Source of the DNA: Flavobacteriales bacterium | GTDB taxonomy: Bacteria; Bacteroidota; Bacteroidia; Flavobacteriales_F; PHOS-HE28 | NCBI GenBank assembly: GCA_044224725.1 | Contig: JBGAJW010000012.1 | Span: forward strand, 21,022 to 85,021 | DNA length: 64,000 nucleotides | Direction of reading: 5' to 3' | Part shown: positions 17,895-26,470 of the stretch, piece by piece | Layout: each line of letters opens with the position of its first letter | How positions within the stretch are numbered: position 1 is the first letter of the stretch | Notes under the pieces: generated by a model | What the model was told of the DNA's origin: nothing | Seen by the model: only the letters and a program-made list of their open reading frames with translations | The model's database searches: none | Program-made: the position numbers and the translations under genes

Positions 17895-18662
17895 TCAGAA
17901 ACGCAGCGAGAACCCGAAGTAGGGCACCACGGACCCGAAGCCCTTGGCGATCTCCTTGTTGTACACCAGCGCCGCATCGGCCGCCAGTTTCCGGTGGATG
18001 AAGCGCCCGCCCAAGCTGTAGATCGGGAGCACCTCCTTGCCGAAGTTCAGGAACCAGTTTTCCGTCACCAGCGCAAAGGGCTCCGTGATGCGCCATTGCC
18101 CGCTGAAGCCGAACTGCGGATCATCGGTGAAGTGGCCGTTGCTCCGGTGGTAGCCGAGGTTGATCGTGAAGTGCGCTTCCCCGGTGCCGAAGGTGGCCTG
18201 GCCCATGAAGGTGCTCAGCTGCTTGCCGGTCTTCAGCGTGTCCGCGAAAGGGGGATCTGTGCTCAACTGCGTGCCCATGATGAAAAGGCCCGCATGGATG
18301 CCCGGCTGCAACCGCTTGCTCGCCTTGATGGCCAAGAAACCGCCCGGGAGCTTGTTCTGGTCGGGCCGCAAGCTGGCCAGCACGCTGAGCATCTGGAAGC
18401 CGCCGCCGATGCTGATGTTGTCCAACGGTGCATACCACGCCGAATGCATGAGCACGTAGCTGTTCGCATAGTAACCATTGCCCTGCTCCAGGGGGATGGC
18501 GCTGGGCGAGAAGAACACATGGCTGCTGTGCGGGTTGTCCTTCCACGTGCTGAAGATGCGCCGGTACCGGGGGGCCAGGGGTGCGCCGGGCGGTGTGGCC
18601 AAGACCTCGCCTGAGGCTATCAGCCCGAGAAGGAGCAGGAAGGAAAGCCGGTTCGCGCGCAT
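17895..18662 (-). CDS. Putative outer-membrane beta-barrel protein (unknown family)
   Basis: Signal peptide MRANRLSFLLLLGLIASG. Alternating hydrophobic beta-strand pattern. C-terminal ...YFGFSLRF ends in an aromatic residue, as expected for BAM-dependent OMPs. The start was refined to the ATG at 18662. Confidence 0.5.
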   Translation of the reverse strand: MRANRLSFLLLLGLIASGEVLATPPGAPLAPRYRRIFSTWKDNPHSSHVFFSPSAIPLEQGNGYYANSYVLMHSAWYAPLDNISIGGGFQMLSVLASLRPDQNKLPGGFLAIKASKRLQPGIHAGLFIMGTQLSTDPPFADTLKTGKQLSTFMGQATFGTGEAHFTINLGYHRSNGHFTDDPQFGFSGQWRITEPFALVTENWFLNFGKEVLPIYSLGGRFIHRKLAADAALVYNKEIAKGFGSVVPYFGFSLRF

Positions 18663-18788
18663 CAGAGCCCCGCGAAGAAAGCGGAAGCCGGGGACAAGAC
18701 GCAGGAAGGGCGGATGGTTGGGTGGGGTGAAACATGCAACAAGCAACCGGATCAGCCAGAAACGTCTTACAACCAACCGTGCCCGAAT

Positions 18789-20906
18789 ATGAAGATCCAA
18801 AAAAGCGCAGCAACGGGGATCCTAGCACTGATCACCGCAACGGTCTCCGGCCAAGCCCCGATCTGGGAATGGCAGAACCCCACCCCTACGAGCCAAGGCA
18901 TGAACAGCGTGGATCATTTGAGCCCTTCCGAAGCGTACGCATGTGGTGACGGGGGCCAACTGCTCCACACCACCGATGCAGGCGCCACCTGGCAGTTCCA
19001 GGATATGGAGACCAACCGGAACTTCACCCATGTGCAGTTCTTTGGACCGGATACCGGTTACCTCGCCGCCAGTTACTCGGTGGTCTATCGCACCTTCAAC
19101 GGAGGTGCCACGTGGTCAACTTCGCCCACGGCAATGGGTCCGTGGGCGCCTGCGATGCACTTCTGTGACGCCCGCCACGGCTGGGTGGCAGGACAGAATG
19201 GTGTGATCAGGCATACCTCGGATGCCGGTGGGTCGTGGAACGCTCAGACCAGCGGATCTTCGGCATGGTTCGCAGCGATCTGTTTTGTGGACACCTCGCA
19301 CGGCTGGGTCGGTGGGTCAGGTGGCACATTGCTGCGGACAACTGATGGGGGTGATTCGTGGGTCCCTTCCGCCAGCGGAATTACTGCAACCATCGGAACC
19401 ATCTGCTTCTTGGATCAATTGACCGGTTGGGCGGGATCAAGCGGATCGAACATGCTCCTGCATTCCGTGGATGGTGGCGCCACTTGGACAACTTCATCAT
19501 TCTCAGGGAATGAGAATATCGAGACGATCCACTTCTTTGACAGCCAACATGGATGGGTGGGTTGCTCGGGTGGAAAGATCTTCATCACCAGCAACGGCGG
19601 AGCTGACTGGTCGCCGGTAGCATCGGGGGTAAGCCCATACACGATCGATGCGTCATCACCGACATCGCTGCTCGCCGTTGGCGGTTGTGGTTCACTTGCC
19701 ACATCCACAGATGGTGGCGCATCATGGACCTCCGCCCGCGAAGGGGTCGTGAACTTCGTGCATGACATCTCCATGATCGATGATCAGCACGGATGGGTAA
19801 GCGGGAACAATGGGCTCATCCTCGCCACCTCGGATGGCGGTGAGACCTGGCTGCAGCAGCCGACGGGGGAGCAATGGCCACTACGCGCCGTGCATTTCAT
19901 CGATGAACAGGAAGGATGGGCTTGCGGCCTTTACGGCGCGCTCTGGCACACCGTGGATGGCGGCGGCTCATGGATCGAGGATACGACCACGATCAGCACT
20001 TCGTTCCAGGACATCCAATTCATCGACCATGAGCACGGCTGGATGGCTGGCATTGGATGCCGCATCTGGAAGACCGACAACGCTGGCGCGGATTGGCAAG
20101 AGATCCTCGGTTCCACGCCGGCCATCAATGACATCAATCGCCTTTTCTTCCTCGATACGCTGCTTGGATGGGCGTGCGGGGATAACGGGATCTTGTACCG
20201 AACGACCGATGGAGGTGCCAACTGGACAAGTTCCTTCGATCCGAACTGGATCGGATCACAGCATTGGTACAGTGCCATCGCCTTCGCGGACCCGCTCCAC
20301 GGTCTTGCGGTGGGCAACGAGGGGCACATCGTCCGCACCGTTGATGGCGGCGTCACCTGGAACGCTCCGGTATTCGCGAACATCGACTACCTGAATATCA
20401 CCGAACTCTCTTTCGTGCATTGGGTCTCGCCCACTGAGGCATGGATCACGGGAGACTACGGAACTGTGATGCGCAGCGTCGACCAAGGCGCGACATGGTC
20501 CCTCTTCGACCAATTCCGACTGAATGGCGGGATCGCCATGGCCTCACAAGGCCAAAATGCCTGGGTGATCGGTGGCGGCTGTGGCATGATCGTGCGCACC
20601 GAACTGCCTGATATCAGTACCTCGTCACCATCCACCGCAAAGTGGACCGCCACCTCACCTATCTATCCCAACCCGATCAGTAGTGGTACCGCGGCTTGGG
20701 CTTGTGGCGCTGAGGTTGGCGCGATAGTGTCGGTCCAACTCGTGGACATGCTGGGCACCTGCGTATCCCGGATCACATGCGTTGCTGGACCGGAAGGATC
20801 GCTTCGCATTTCATTCGGCAATATCGCCCCCGGCTCTTACGTCCTGGTGGCCGATACACCGACTGGACCAAGGGTCAGCCGTTTGCAGTTCGTCGCCGGC
20901 GAATAG
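18789..20906 (+). CDS. BNR/Asp-box (Ycf48-like) repeat protein with a T9SS C-terminal sorting domain
   Basis: Signal peptide MKIQKSAATGILALITATVSGQA. At least 12 repeats of the SxDGGxTW Asp-box motif (TTDAGATWQ, TSDAGGSWN, TTDGGDSWV, SVDGGATWT, TSNGGADWS, STDGGASWT, TSDGGETWL, TVDGGGSWI, KTDNAGADWQ, TTDGGANWT, TVDGGVTWN, SVDQGATWS). The C-terminal ~80 aa resemble a T9SS CTD. Confidence 0.65.
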   Translation: MKIQKSAATGILALITATVSGQAPIWEWQNPTPTSQGMNSVDHLSPSEAYACGDGGQLLHTTDAGATWQFQDMETNRNFTHVQFFGPDTGYLAASYSVVYRTFNGGATWSTSPTAMGPWAPAMHFCDARHGWVAGQNGVIRHTSDAGGSWNAQTSGSSAWFAAICFVDTSHGWVGGSGGTLLRTTDGGDSWVPSASGITATIGTICFLDQLTGWAGSSGSNMLLHSVDGGATWTTSSFSGNENIETIHFFDSQHGWVGCSGGKIFITSNGGADWSPVASGVSPYTIDASSPTSLLAVGGCGSLATSTDGGASWTSAREGVVNFVHDISMIDDQHGWVSGNNGLILATSDGGETWLQQPTGEQWPLRAVHFIDEQEGWACGLYGALWHTVDGGGSWIEDTTTISTSFQDIQFIDHEHGWMAGIGCRIWKTDNAGADWQEILGSTPAINDINRLFFLDTLLGWACGDNGILYRTTDGGANWTSSFDPNWIGSQHWYSAIAFADPLHGLAVGNEGHIVRTVDGGVTWNAPVFANIDYLNITELSFVHWVSPTEAWITGDYGTVMRSVDQGATWSLFDQFRLNGGIAMASQGQNAWVIGGGCGMIVRTELPDISTSSPSTAKWTATSPIYPNPISSGTAAWACGAEVGAIVSVQLVDMLGTCVSRITCVAGPEGSLRISFGNIAPGSYVLVADTPTGPRVSRLQFVAGE

Positions 20907-20931
20907 GTCGGACTGACGGGTCACTCCCGGC

Positions 20932-22308
20932 TCACTCCACCGCCTTCTTCGCCTCTTCCAACGTAGGTACATCGTTGCAGTGCCATTGGCCCATGATGCG
21001 GCCTTCCTTCAACAGCACCACACCGGGGTTGCTGCGGATCATGGTCTTCAAGGTGATCTCGTCGCACGTCACGAAGTCGAAAGCCAGTTGGTGCTCGTGG
21101 CGGAACTCTTCCACCTCATCCAAGCCGGTGGCGGTGGCACCGTACACATACCAGCCGTTCGAGTAGGCGGCATCGGTGAGCGCCTTGATGGCAGGCAGGC
21201 AACTCGTGTTCGTTTCCTCGATCGTCTTCGCCACGATCAATAGTACGGGCGTCGGTTCGGCAAGCACGTCATCGGTGATGTCCACGCCGTCCTTGTCGGT
21301 GAGGCGGAAATCCTGCACCAACGAAGGCACGCCGGGGTCGAGCACGTTCACGCGCTGCTTCACGAATTCATGCGTGGCCACCCACACCGAGTCGTTCCAT
21401 GGATAGTTGTTGCCGGGGTATTCCTTCTCCTCGCCGGTGCTCTTGTCCTTGTACACCAGGAAGATCTCGTTCTTCGGCGGTTTGGCCAAGGCCTTCTGCT
21501 CGCTGATGCTCTTGCCCACAGCGTACGCGCGGTAGTCTTTCAGCGGAAGGTGCGCGTAGCAATACCAGATGAAGCCAAGAGACAAGATGGTGATCCACAG
21601 GGCGGTGATCCATTCGGCCTTCACGCCTTGCATGGATCGCTTGATGAGCAGGTACCCCACGATACCCGCGATCGTGAACCAGAGGAAGAAGCTCCAGCCG
21701 AAGACCCAGCACCAGAGCGCCACAAGGATCAGTCCGCCAGGCAGGAGCACCTTGTCATCGGCAGCGGAGTTGAAGGGGATACGCGCGCCTGTGCTTCCAT
21801 CGGGCCGCTTGCGGAACCAGCTGACGAAAAAGATCGGCAGCACGAATACGAGCAGGATGATGTCCTTGGTGAAACTCTCCCATGGCGTGAGGCTGCGGCC
21901 GAGCGAACCTTTCATCGCATCACCGAAGCAGCCGCAATCGGTCACGCAGGTCACGTCGCGCAATTCCTTCACGCCGTTCACGATCACCTCGTACTTGCCT
22001 TGCGGATCGCAGGTGGCCGTGTAGGCCGTGAGCCAGCCGAAGAAGAGCGTGAGCCAGAGGATGCAGGCCGTAGCGAGTCGCATGCGCCCGCCGACCAGCA
22101 CCGCGAAGCCCAGCACCACTTCCGCCAGGCAAGCGAGGATGGCCAGGAAGAGCGCCGCCGGTTCCAGGAAGGTCAGGTTCAGCGCGCTCTCGGCGAAGTA
22201 CTCTTCCAGCTTGTAGCTGAAACCGAGCGGATCGTTGGCCTTCACCAGGCCGCTGACGATGAAGGTGGCACCGACGAGGATGCGGCAGAAATAGAGGAAG
22301 TACTTCAT
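20932..22308 (-). CDS. MauE/DoxX-like membrane protein fused to a C-terminal thioredoxin-like (redoxin) domain
   Basis: The N-terminal ~140 aa are polytopic with the MauE/DoxX hallmark TCDPQ...CVTDCGCFG (Cys pairs). The C-terminal soluble region has a single conserved Cys in a TlpA/redoxin-like context. Length 458 aa. Confidence 0.5.
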   Translation of the reverse strand: MKYFLYFCRILVGATFIVSGLVKANDPLGFSYKLEEYFAESALNLTFLEPAALFLAILACLAEVVLGFAVLVGGRMRLATACILWLTLFFGWLTAYTATCDPQGKYEVIVNGVKELRDVTCVTDCGCFGDAMKGSLGRSLTPWESFTKDIILLVFVLPIFFVSWFRKRPDGSTGARIPFNSAADDKVLLPGGLILVALWCWVFGWSFFLWFTIAGIVGYLLIKRSMQGVKAEWITALWITILSLGFIWYCYAHLPLKDYRAYAVGKSISEQKALAKPPKNEIFLVYKDKSTGEEKEYPGNNYPWNDSVWVATHEFVKQRVNVLDPGVPSLVQDFRLTDKDGVDITDDVLAEPTPVLLIVAKTIEETNTSCLPAIKALTDAAYSNGWYVYGATATGLDEVEEFRHEHQLAFDFVTCDEITLKTMIRSNPGVVLLKEGRIMGQWHCNDVPTLEEAKKAVE

Positions 22309-22421
22309 GGCGGATCGGACGATCAGATGATGACCGGAGGTGTGCGGCGAAAGTATCCCGCTCCAACGATCGGATCCGACCGACCGATCGCGATCAACAG
22401 AACATTAACGCCGAAGGAGGA

Positions 22422-22997
22422 TCAGCGCGCGGCTCCCCCGTGCTCGCGACGCAGGCTTCCCTTGGGCAAACTGCTCGAGGTCGCGTCGGCCATGGTGGTC
22501 ATGCGGCGTTCGTAGTCGATCATCAGGCTCTGCACCTCGGGACGGATGCGCTGGTCATAGTCGGTATCCCAGGAAACGAGACCGGTCGCCGGTTCGAAAG
22601 TCGCTTGGCCCATCGGCAGGTCGAAGAACGAAAGGTCCATGTCCGACAAGCGCGTGAACATGGTCATCTCCACGAAGAGCTCCTTGGTCTTGCTCTCCCC
22701 ATCCCATTCCAGCCCGTGCGTATCGACGGTGAAGCACTTGGTCTGGTGACCCGGGGCGCTGAAGCGGAGAACGTACTTGGCGTTGTTGTCGAGCGTGAAG
22801 CTGTAACGACCGAGCAATCCCGTCTCCTCGGCCTGCTGCTTCACGCCGTCCTTGTATACCCGAACGAGCGCGTCCGTCATGAGTTCACCCGAGAGGTACT
22901 CCGTGACGATACCGTGTACCCGCAGGTTGAAGGCCTGCGCTTCTGTGAGGAGCCCGCAGACCAGTGCGAGCGTTGCCAGCATTTTCGTTCCCCGCAT
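22422..22997 (-). CDS. Secreted protein with an N-terminal CarboxypepD_reg-like beta-sandwich; paralog of 25357..25950
   Basis: Signal peptide MLATLALVCGLLTEAQA. FNLRVHGIVTEYLSGELMTDALVRVYKDG...GRYSF resembles a CarboxypepD_reg-like fold. The C-terminal block (MTMF...FDLPMGQATFEPATGLVSWDTDYDQRIRP...IDYERR) is shared with the protein at 25357..25950. Confidence 0.55.
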   Translation of the reverse strand: MRGTKMLATLALVCGLLTEAQAFNLRVHGIVTEYLSGELMTDALVRVYKDGVKQQAEETGLLGRYSFTLDNNAKYVLRFSAPGHQTKCFTVDTHGLEWDGESKTKELFVEMTMFTRLSDMDLSFFDLPMGQATFEPATGLVSWDTDYDQRIRPEVQSLMIDYERRMTTMADATSSSLPKGSLRREHGGAAR

Positions 22998-23225
22998 GTT
23001 GCCCGACGCGGACCGGTAAGTGCCCCGCGAACGTGGGCGGCGAAATAAGCCCCACGCACCGGGGGATCAAAGGCCGATCGGTCGGTTTTCGGAGGGATCG
23101 ACCAACAGGTGATTGTTGATGGCGTTTCGACGAGCTTGGGCAACCCCTGCATACTTTCCCGATCGTTGTGCGATCTTTCGCCTGCTTTGACCGCCCCGTT
23201 CCGGTCAAGGCCAAAACTCTTCCCC

Positions 23226-23762
23226 ATGCTGCGCTCCTTCCACCTCTACCAAGGCCTGCTGATCGCCCCTCTCGTTTGCGCCCAGTACACGGCCACCGTG
23301 AAGACCTCCGTGACCCCGGTGGAAAGCCCGGGTTGGAAGAAATGGAGCGATAAGGAATGCTTGATCAACTATCCCGCGAACTGGACCAACGAGGGCACCA
23401 TGGGTACCAAGGCGGTGGTCATCTTCTTCGCCCCCGCTGGCCCCGGGGATGACTTCCGTGAGCGCGTCTCACTCACCAGCTTGGACGCCACCGGAAAAAC
23501 GATGGAGCAGCTGATGAACGAGATGGAAGCACAGAACCTGATGGGGTATTCGGATCTGAAGCGCACGGCCGCCTCTATTGAGGAGGACCAAGGGACGCTG
23601 GAATTGACAGGTACGCTCGATGGACAACCGGTGAGACTGAAACGCGAACTGAGCCTGAGGGGCAACAAAGCGTGGATCCTCAGCTATGTGGCCCCTGCAT
23701 CCAAGTTCGACGACGCTCTCTACCTCGCCGACGCGATGTTCATGTCGTTCGCGGTCAAGTAA
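23226..23762 (+). CDS. Hypothetical secreted protein
   Basis: The start was refined to the ATG at 23226, giving signal peptide MLRSFHLYQGLLIAPLVCAQ. Length 178 aa. No recognisable motif. Confidence 0.45.
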   Translation: MLRSFHLYQGLLIAPLVCAQYTATVKTSVTPVESPGWKKWSDKECLINYPANWTNEGTMGTKAVVIFFAPAGPGDDFRERVSLTSLDATGKTMEQLMNEMEAQNLMGYSDLKRTAASIEEDQGTLELTGTLDGQPVRLKRELSLRGNKAWILSYVAPASKFDDALYLADAMFMSFAVK

Positions 23763-23843
23763 GATAAGCACATAGGAACGCAGAGGGGCTTCAACAACGG
23801 AAGACCATCGGTAGCCGCATTTGTCAGCGGCCATCGGCGCACA

Positions 23844-24392
23844 TCAGCGCCTCTGCGTTTCTCCTTCCAGGATAAGCGCGAAGACGGCGTAGTTCACGAT
23901 ATCCGCCCAGTTGGCATCGATGCCTTCGCTCACGAGCGTACGGCCTTGGTTGTCCTCGATACTCTTGATGCGCAGGAGCTTCATCAGGATCAGGTCCACC
24001 AAAGAGCTCACGCGCATGCTACGCCATGCCTCCCCGTAATCGTGGTTCTTGCGGCGCATCAGTTCGCGCGCTTCATTCAGTTCAGTGAGCAAGGCTTCCT
24101 TGGCCTGTCCGGCCGAAAGATCCGGTTGCTCCACCACGCCGAGCTTCAATTGCACCAGCGCCATGCCCGCGTAGTTCACGATGCCGATGAGTTCCGGGCG
24201 GATGCCCTCGCCCACCTTGCTCTCCCCCACTTCTTGCAACGTACGGATGCGCTGTGCCTTGATGAAGACCTGGTCCGTGAGGGAGCTCACACGCAGGATG
24301 CGCCATGCGGTGCCGTAGTCATGCGCCTTCTTGGCGAAGAGTTCCACGCATTCGGCGATGACGGCATCATATTGTTCCAGCGTGAGTTCCAT
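23844..24392 (-). CDS. DUF1599-family protein (internally duplicated); divergent partner of folP
   Basis: Two tandem ~85-aa halves share HDYGTAWRILRVSSLTDQVFIKAQRIRTLQE...IVNYAGMAL and HDYGEAWRSMRVSSLVDLILMKLLRIKSIED...IVNYAVFAL. The start was refined to the ATG at 24392 (MELTLEQYD...); the ORF-track upstream extension is GC-driven. Confidence 0.65.
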   Translation of the reverse strand: MELTLEQYDAVIAECVELFAKKAHDYGTAWRILRVSSLTDQVFIKAQRIRTLQEVGESKVGEGIRPELIGIVNYAGMALVQLKLGVVEQPDLSAGQAKEALLTELNEARELMRRKNHDYGEAWRSMRVSSLVDLILMKLLRIKSIEDNQGRTLVSEGIDANWADIVNYAVFALILEGETQRR

Positions 24393-24495
24393 GGTCGGCG
24401 AAAATACCCCGGCTCTCGGCTCGCGCCTCGGCCGGGGATCACGGTTCGTTGACCGGGGACCCGGCCACGTCCTCATCGTTCGCAACTTGCGCGCG

Positions 24496-25335
24496 ATGAA
24501 CGCAACAGAAGGGACCACATGGCGGTTGGGCGATCGGCTCCATACGCCGCGCTTCCCGCTGGTGATGGGCATCATCAACGCCACACCCGATTCCTTCCAC
24601 CCCGCCAGCCGAGCGGCTTCCGTGGTCGAGGCGCTGCACTTGGCCGAGCGTATGCTGGCGCAGGGAGCGGATATACTGGACATCGGCGGGCAGAGTTCCC
24701 GGCCCGGCAGCGGCGAGGGCGATGAGCGGGAAGAGAAGCGCCGGGTGATACCCGTCATCGAAGCGATCCTCCTCGAATTCCCGGACGCGTTGATCAGCGT
24801 GGACACTTGGCGTGCGGCCGTGGCCTCGGAGGCCGTGGCCTCCGGTGCGCGCATGGTGAACGACATCAGCGCGGGAACCTTGGATCCGGAAATGCTCCGA
24901 ACGGTAGCTGGGCTCGGAGTTCCCTATGTGGCGATGCACATGCAGGGAACGCCTGCGAGCATGCAACACGCCCCTGTTTACACGGATGTCTGCGCGGAGG
25001 TCACGCACTTCTTGAGCGGACGCCTTCACGCCGCGCACGAAGCGGGCATCGCCGATGTGATCATCGACCCGGGGTTCGGTTTCGGAAAGACCTCGGAACA
25101 CAACTACGCTCTGCTGCGCGACCTGTCACGCTTGAACGCATTGGGCGCGCCTGTTCTGGCAGGTTTCTCGCGCAAGCGGATGATCAACGAAGTGCTGGGG
25201 ACCGGCCCGGCTGATGCGTTGAACGGCACCACGGTCCTGAACACGATCGCATTGATGAAGGGCGCATCCATCCTGCGCGTGCATGATGTGAGGGAGGCCG
25301 TGGAATGTGTGAAGCTCGTCCGGCAAATGGCGTGA
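24496..25335 (+). CDS. folP: Dihydropteroate synthase
   Basis: Pterin-binding DHPS motifs: MGIINATPDSFHPASR, ILDIGGQSSRPG, VSVDTW, MVNDISAG, IIDPGFGFGKT, GFSRKRMI. Start at the ATG at 24496. Confidence 0.85.
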   Translation: MNATEGTTWRLGDRLHTPRFPLVMGIINATPDSFHPASRAASVVEALHLAERMLAQGADILDIGGQSSRPGSGEGDEREEKRRVIPVIEAILLEFPDALISVDTWRAAVASEAVASGARMVNDISAGTLDPEMLRTVAGLGVPYVAMHMQGTPASMQHAPVYTDVCAEVTHFLSGRLHAAHEAGIADVIIDPGFGFGKTSEHNYALLRDLSRLNALGAPVLAGFSRKRMINEVLGTGPADALNGTTVLNTIALMKGASILRVHDVREAVECVKLVRQMA

Positions 25336-25356
25336 TCGGCGCGGTAACGCCGGAAG

Positions 25357-25950
25357 CTACTTCTCCTCCACCTCTTCCACGGCCGTACTGTCCTTGACCA
25401 CGGCCCCGGTGCCGGTGTGCTTGTCCCGCTTGCGCTTGTAATAGCCCCGGTACGTCTTCTCGTACTCGTCCATCACCTTGGCGAGCATCGGCCGCATGCG
25501 TTCGGTGTATTCGATATCCCAACTCATATTGCGCACGCTCTGCTTGAACGAGGCTTCGCCCAACGGCTGTTCGAAGACCGAGAAATCGAATTCGCTGATC
25601 CACTCCACCATCGTCATCTGCACGTCCATCTCGTAGAACGGCACATCCGGATAGGCGGGAACCTCCTCCGTGTCGATGTTGATGTGCTTGGTGACCCGGC
25701 CTTCCTTGCTGAACCAGACCGAATAGCGCCAGCCCCGGTCCAGGGTGAATTCGTAGCTGCCGTCCGAGCGGGTGATCTTCTCCGCCTCCTGTTTGCCGGC
25801 CTTCAGGAGCCGCACCAGCACCCCCTTCACGGGATCACCTTCGAAATGCGAAGTGACCTTGCCGCTGAGTTTCACATAGAACCGTTGGGCGTCGGAGGTT
25901 CCTGCCAGGAAGAAGAAGGACAGCAGGAACAGCAGGGAGCGGATGTTCAT
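25357..25950 (-). CDS. Secreted protein with an N-terminal CarboxypepD_reg-like beta-sandwich; paralog of 22422..22997
   Basis: Signal peptide MNIRSLLFLLSFFFLAGTSDA. FYVKLSGKVTSHFEGDPVKGVLVRLLKAG...GSYEF, followed by a C-terminal block (MTMVEWISEFDFSVFEQPLGEASFKQSVRNMSWDIEYTERMRP...MDEYEK) that aligns with the 22422..22997 protein. Confidence 0.55.
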   Translation of the reverse strand: MNIRSLLFLLSFFFLAGTSDAQRFYVKLSGKVTSHFEGDPVKGVLVRLLKAGKQEAEKITRSDGSYEFTLDRGWRYSVWFSKEGRVTKHINIDTEEVPAYPDVPFYEMDVQMTMVEWISEFDFSVFEQPLGEASFKQSVRNMSWDIEYTERMRPMLAKVMDEYEKTYRGYYKRKRDKHTGTGAVVKDSTAVEEVEEK

Positions 25951-26058
25951 TCGGTGCGGCTGGTCGCGTGCGGATAACGCTCGGCGAAATTACCCCGGTT
26001 CTTCGACCGGGGATCACATCGCATCTTCGCACGTTCCCGAATTGTCAACGCAATCCTC

Positions 26059-26430
26059 GTGCCTGTGAACATTTTCCGATCCGTACGCTCCGGCGAGAAC
26101 TTCCACGTTCTGCTCTGGTTGTTGAAGGACGTGTCGTGGATACTGGGCTGGAAGACATTGGGGGTCGGCATGTTCTTCCCCACATTGGCCCTCGCCGCTT
26201 GGATCGCATGGAAGAGCCGCGAGGACATCGGTGAGTTCCTGCATTGCCTCGCCGTTGTGTTCTGGATCATGGCCAATGGCGTCTGGATGATCGGGGAGTT
26301 CTGGTTCGCGGATACAAAGAGACACTACGCTGTCCCTTTCTTCATCGCAGGGCTCTTGTGCGTGGCCTGGTACTATCTGGTGTTGCAGCCGCGTGATGCG
26401 CGCCGCGCGCGCCGACAGGCGAAGGGTTAA
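26059..26430 (+). CDS. Small polytopic membrane protein (3-4 TM), unknown function
   Basis: 123 aa with hydrophobic helices (VLLWLLKDVSWILGW, MFFPTLALAAWIAW, CLAVVFWIMANGVWMIGEFWF, VPFFIAGLLCVAWYYLVL). It sits 40 nt upstream of the first cyclase gene on the same strand. Confidence 0.4.
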   Translation: MPVNIFRSVRSGENFHVLLWLLKDVSWILGWKTLGVGMFFPTLALAAWIAWKSREDIGEFLHCLAVVFWIMANGVWMIGEFWFADTKRHYAVPFFIAGLLCVAWYYLVLQPRDARRARRQAKG

Positions 26431-26470
26431 CATTCGCTCGCGCCTGTCCGGGTAGTTTCGCCGACCGCCA

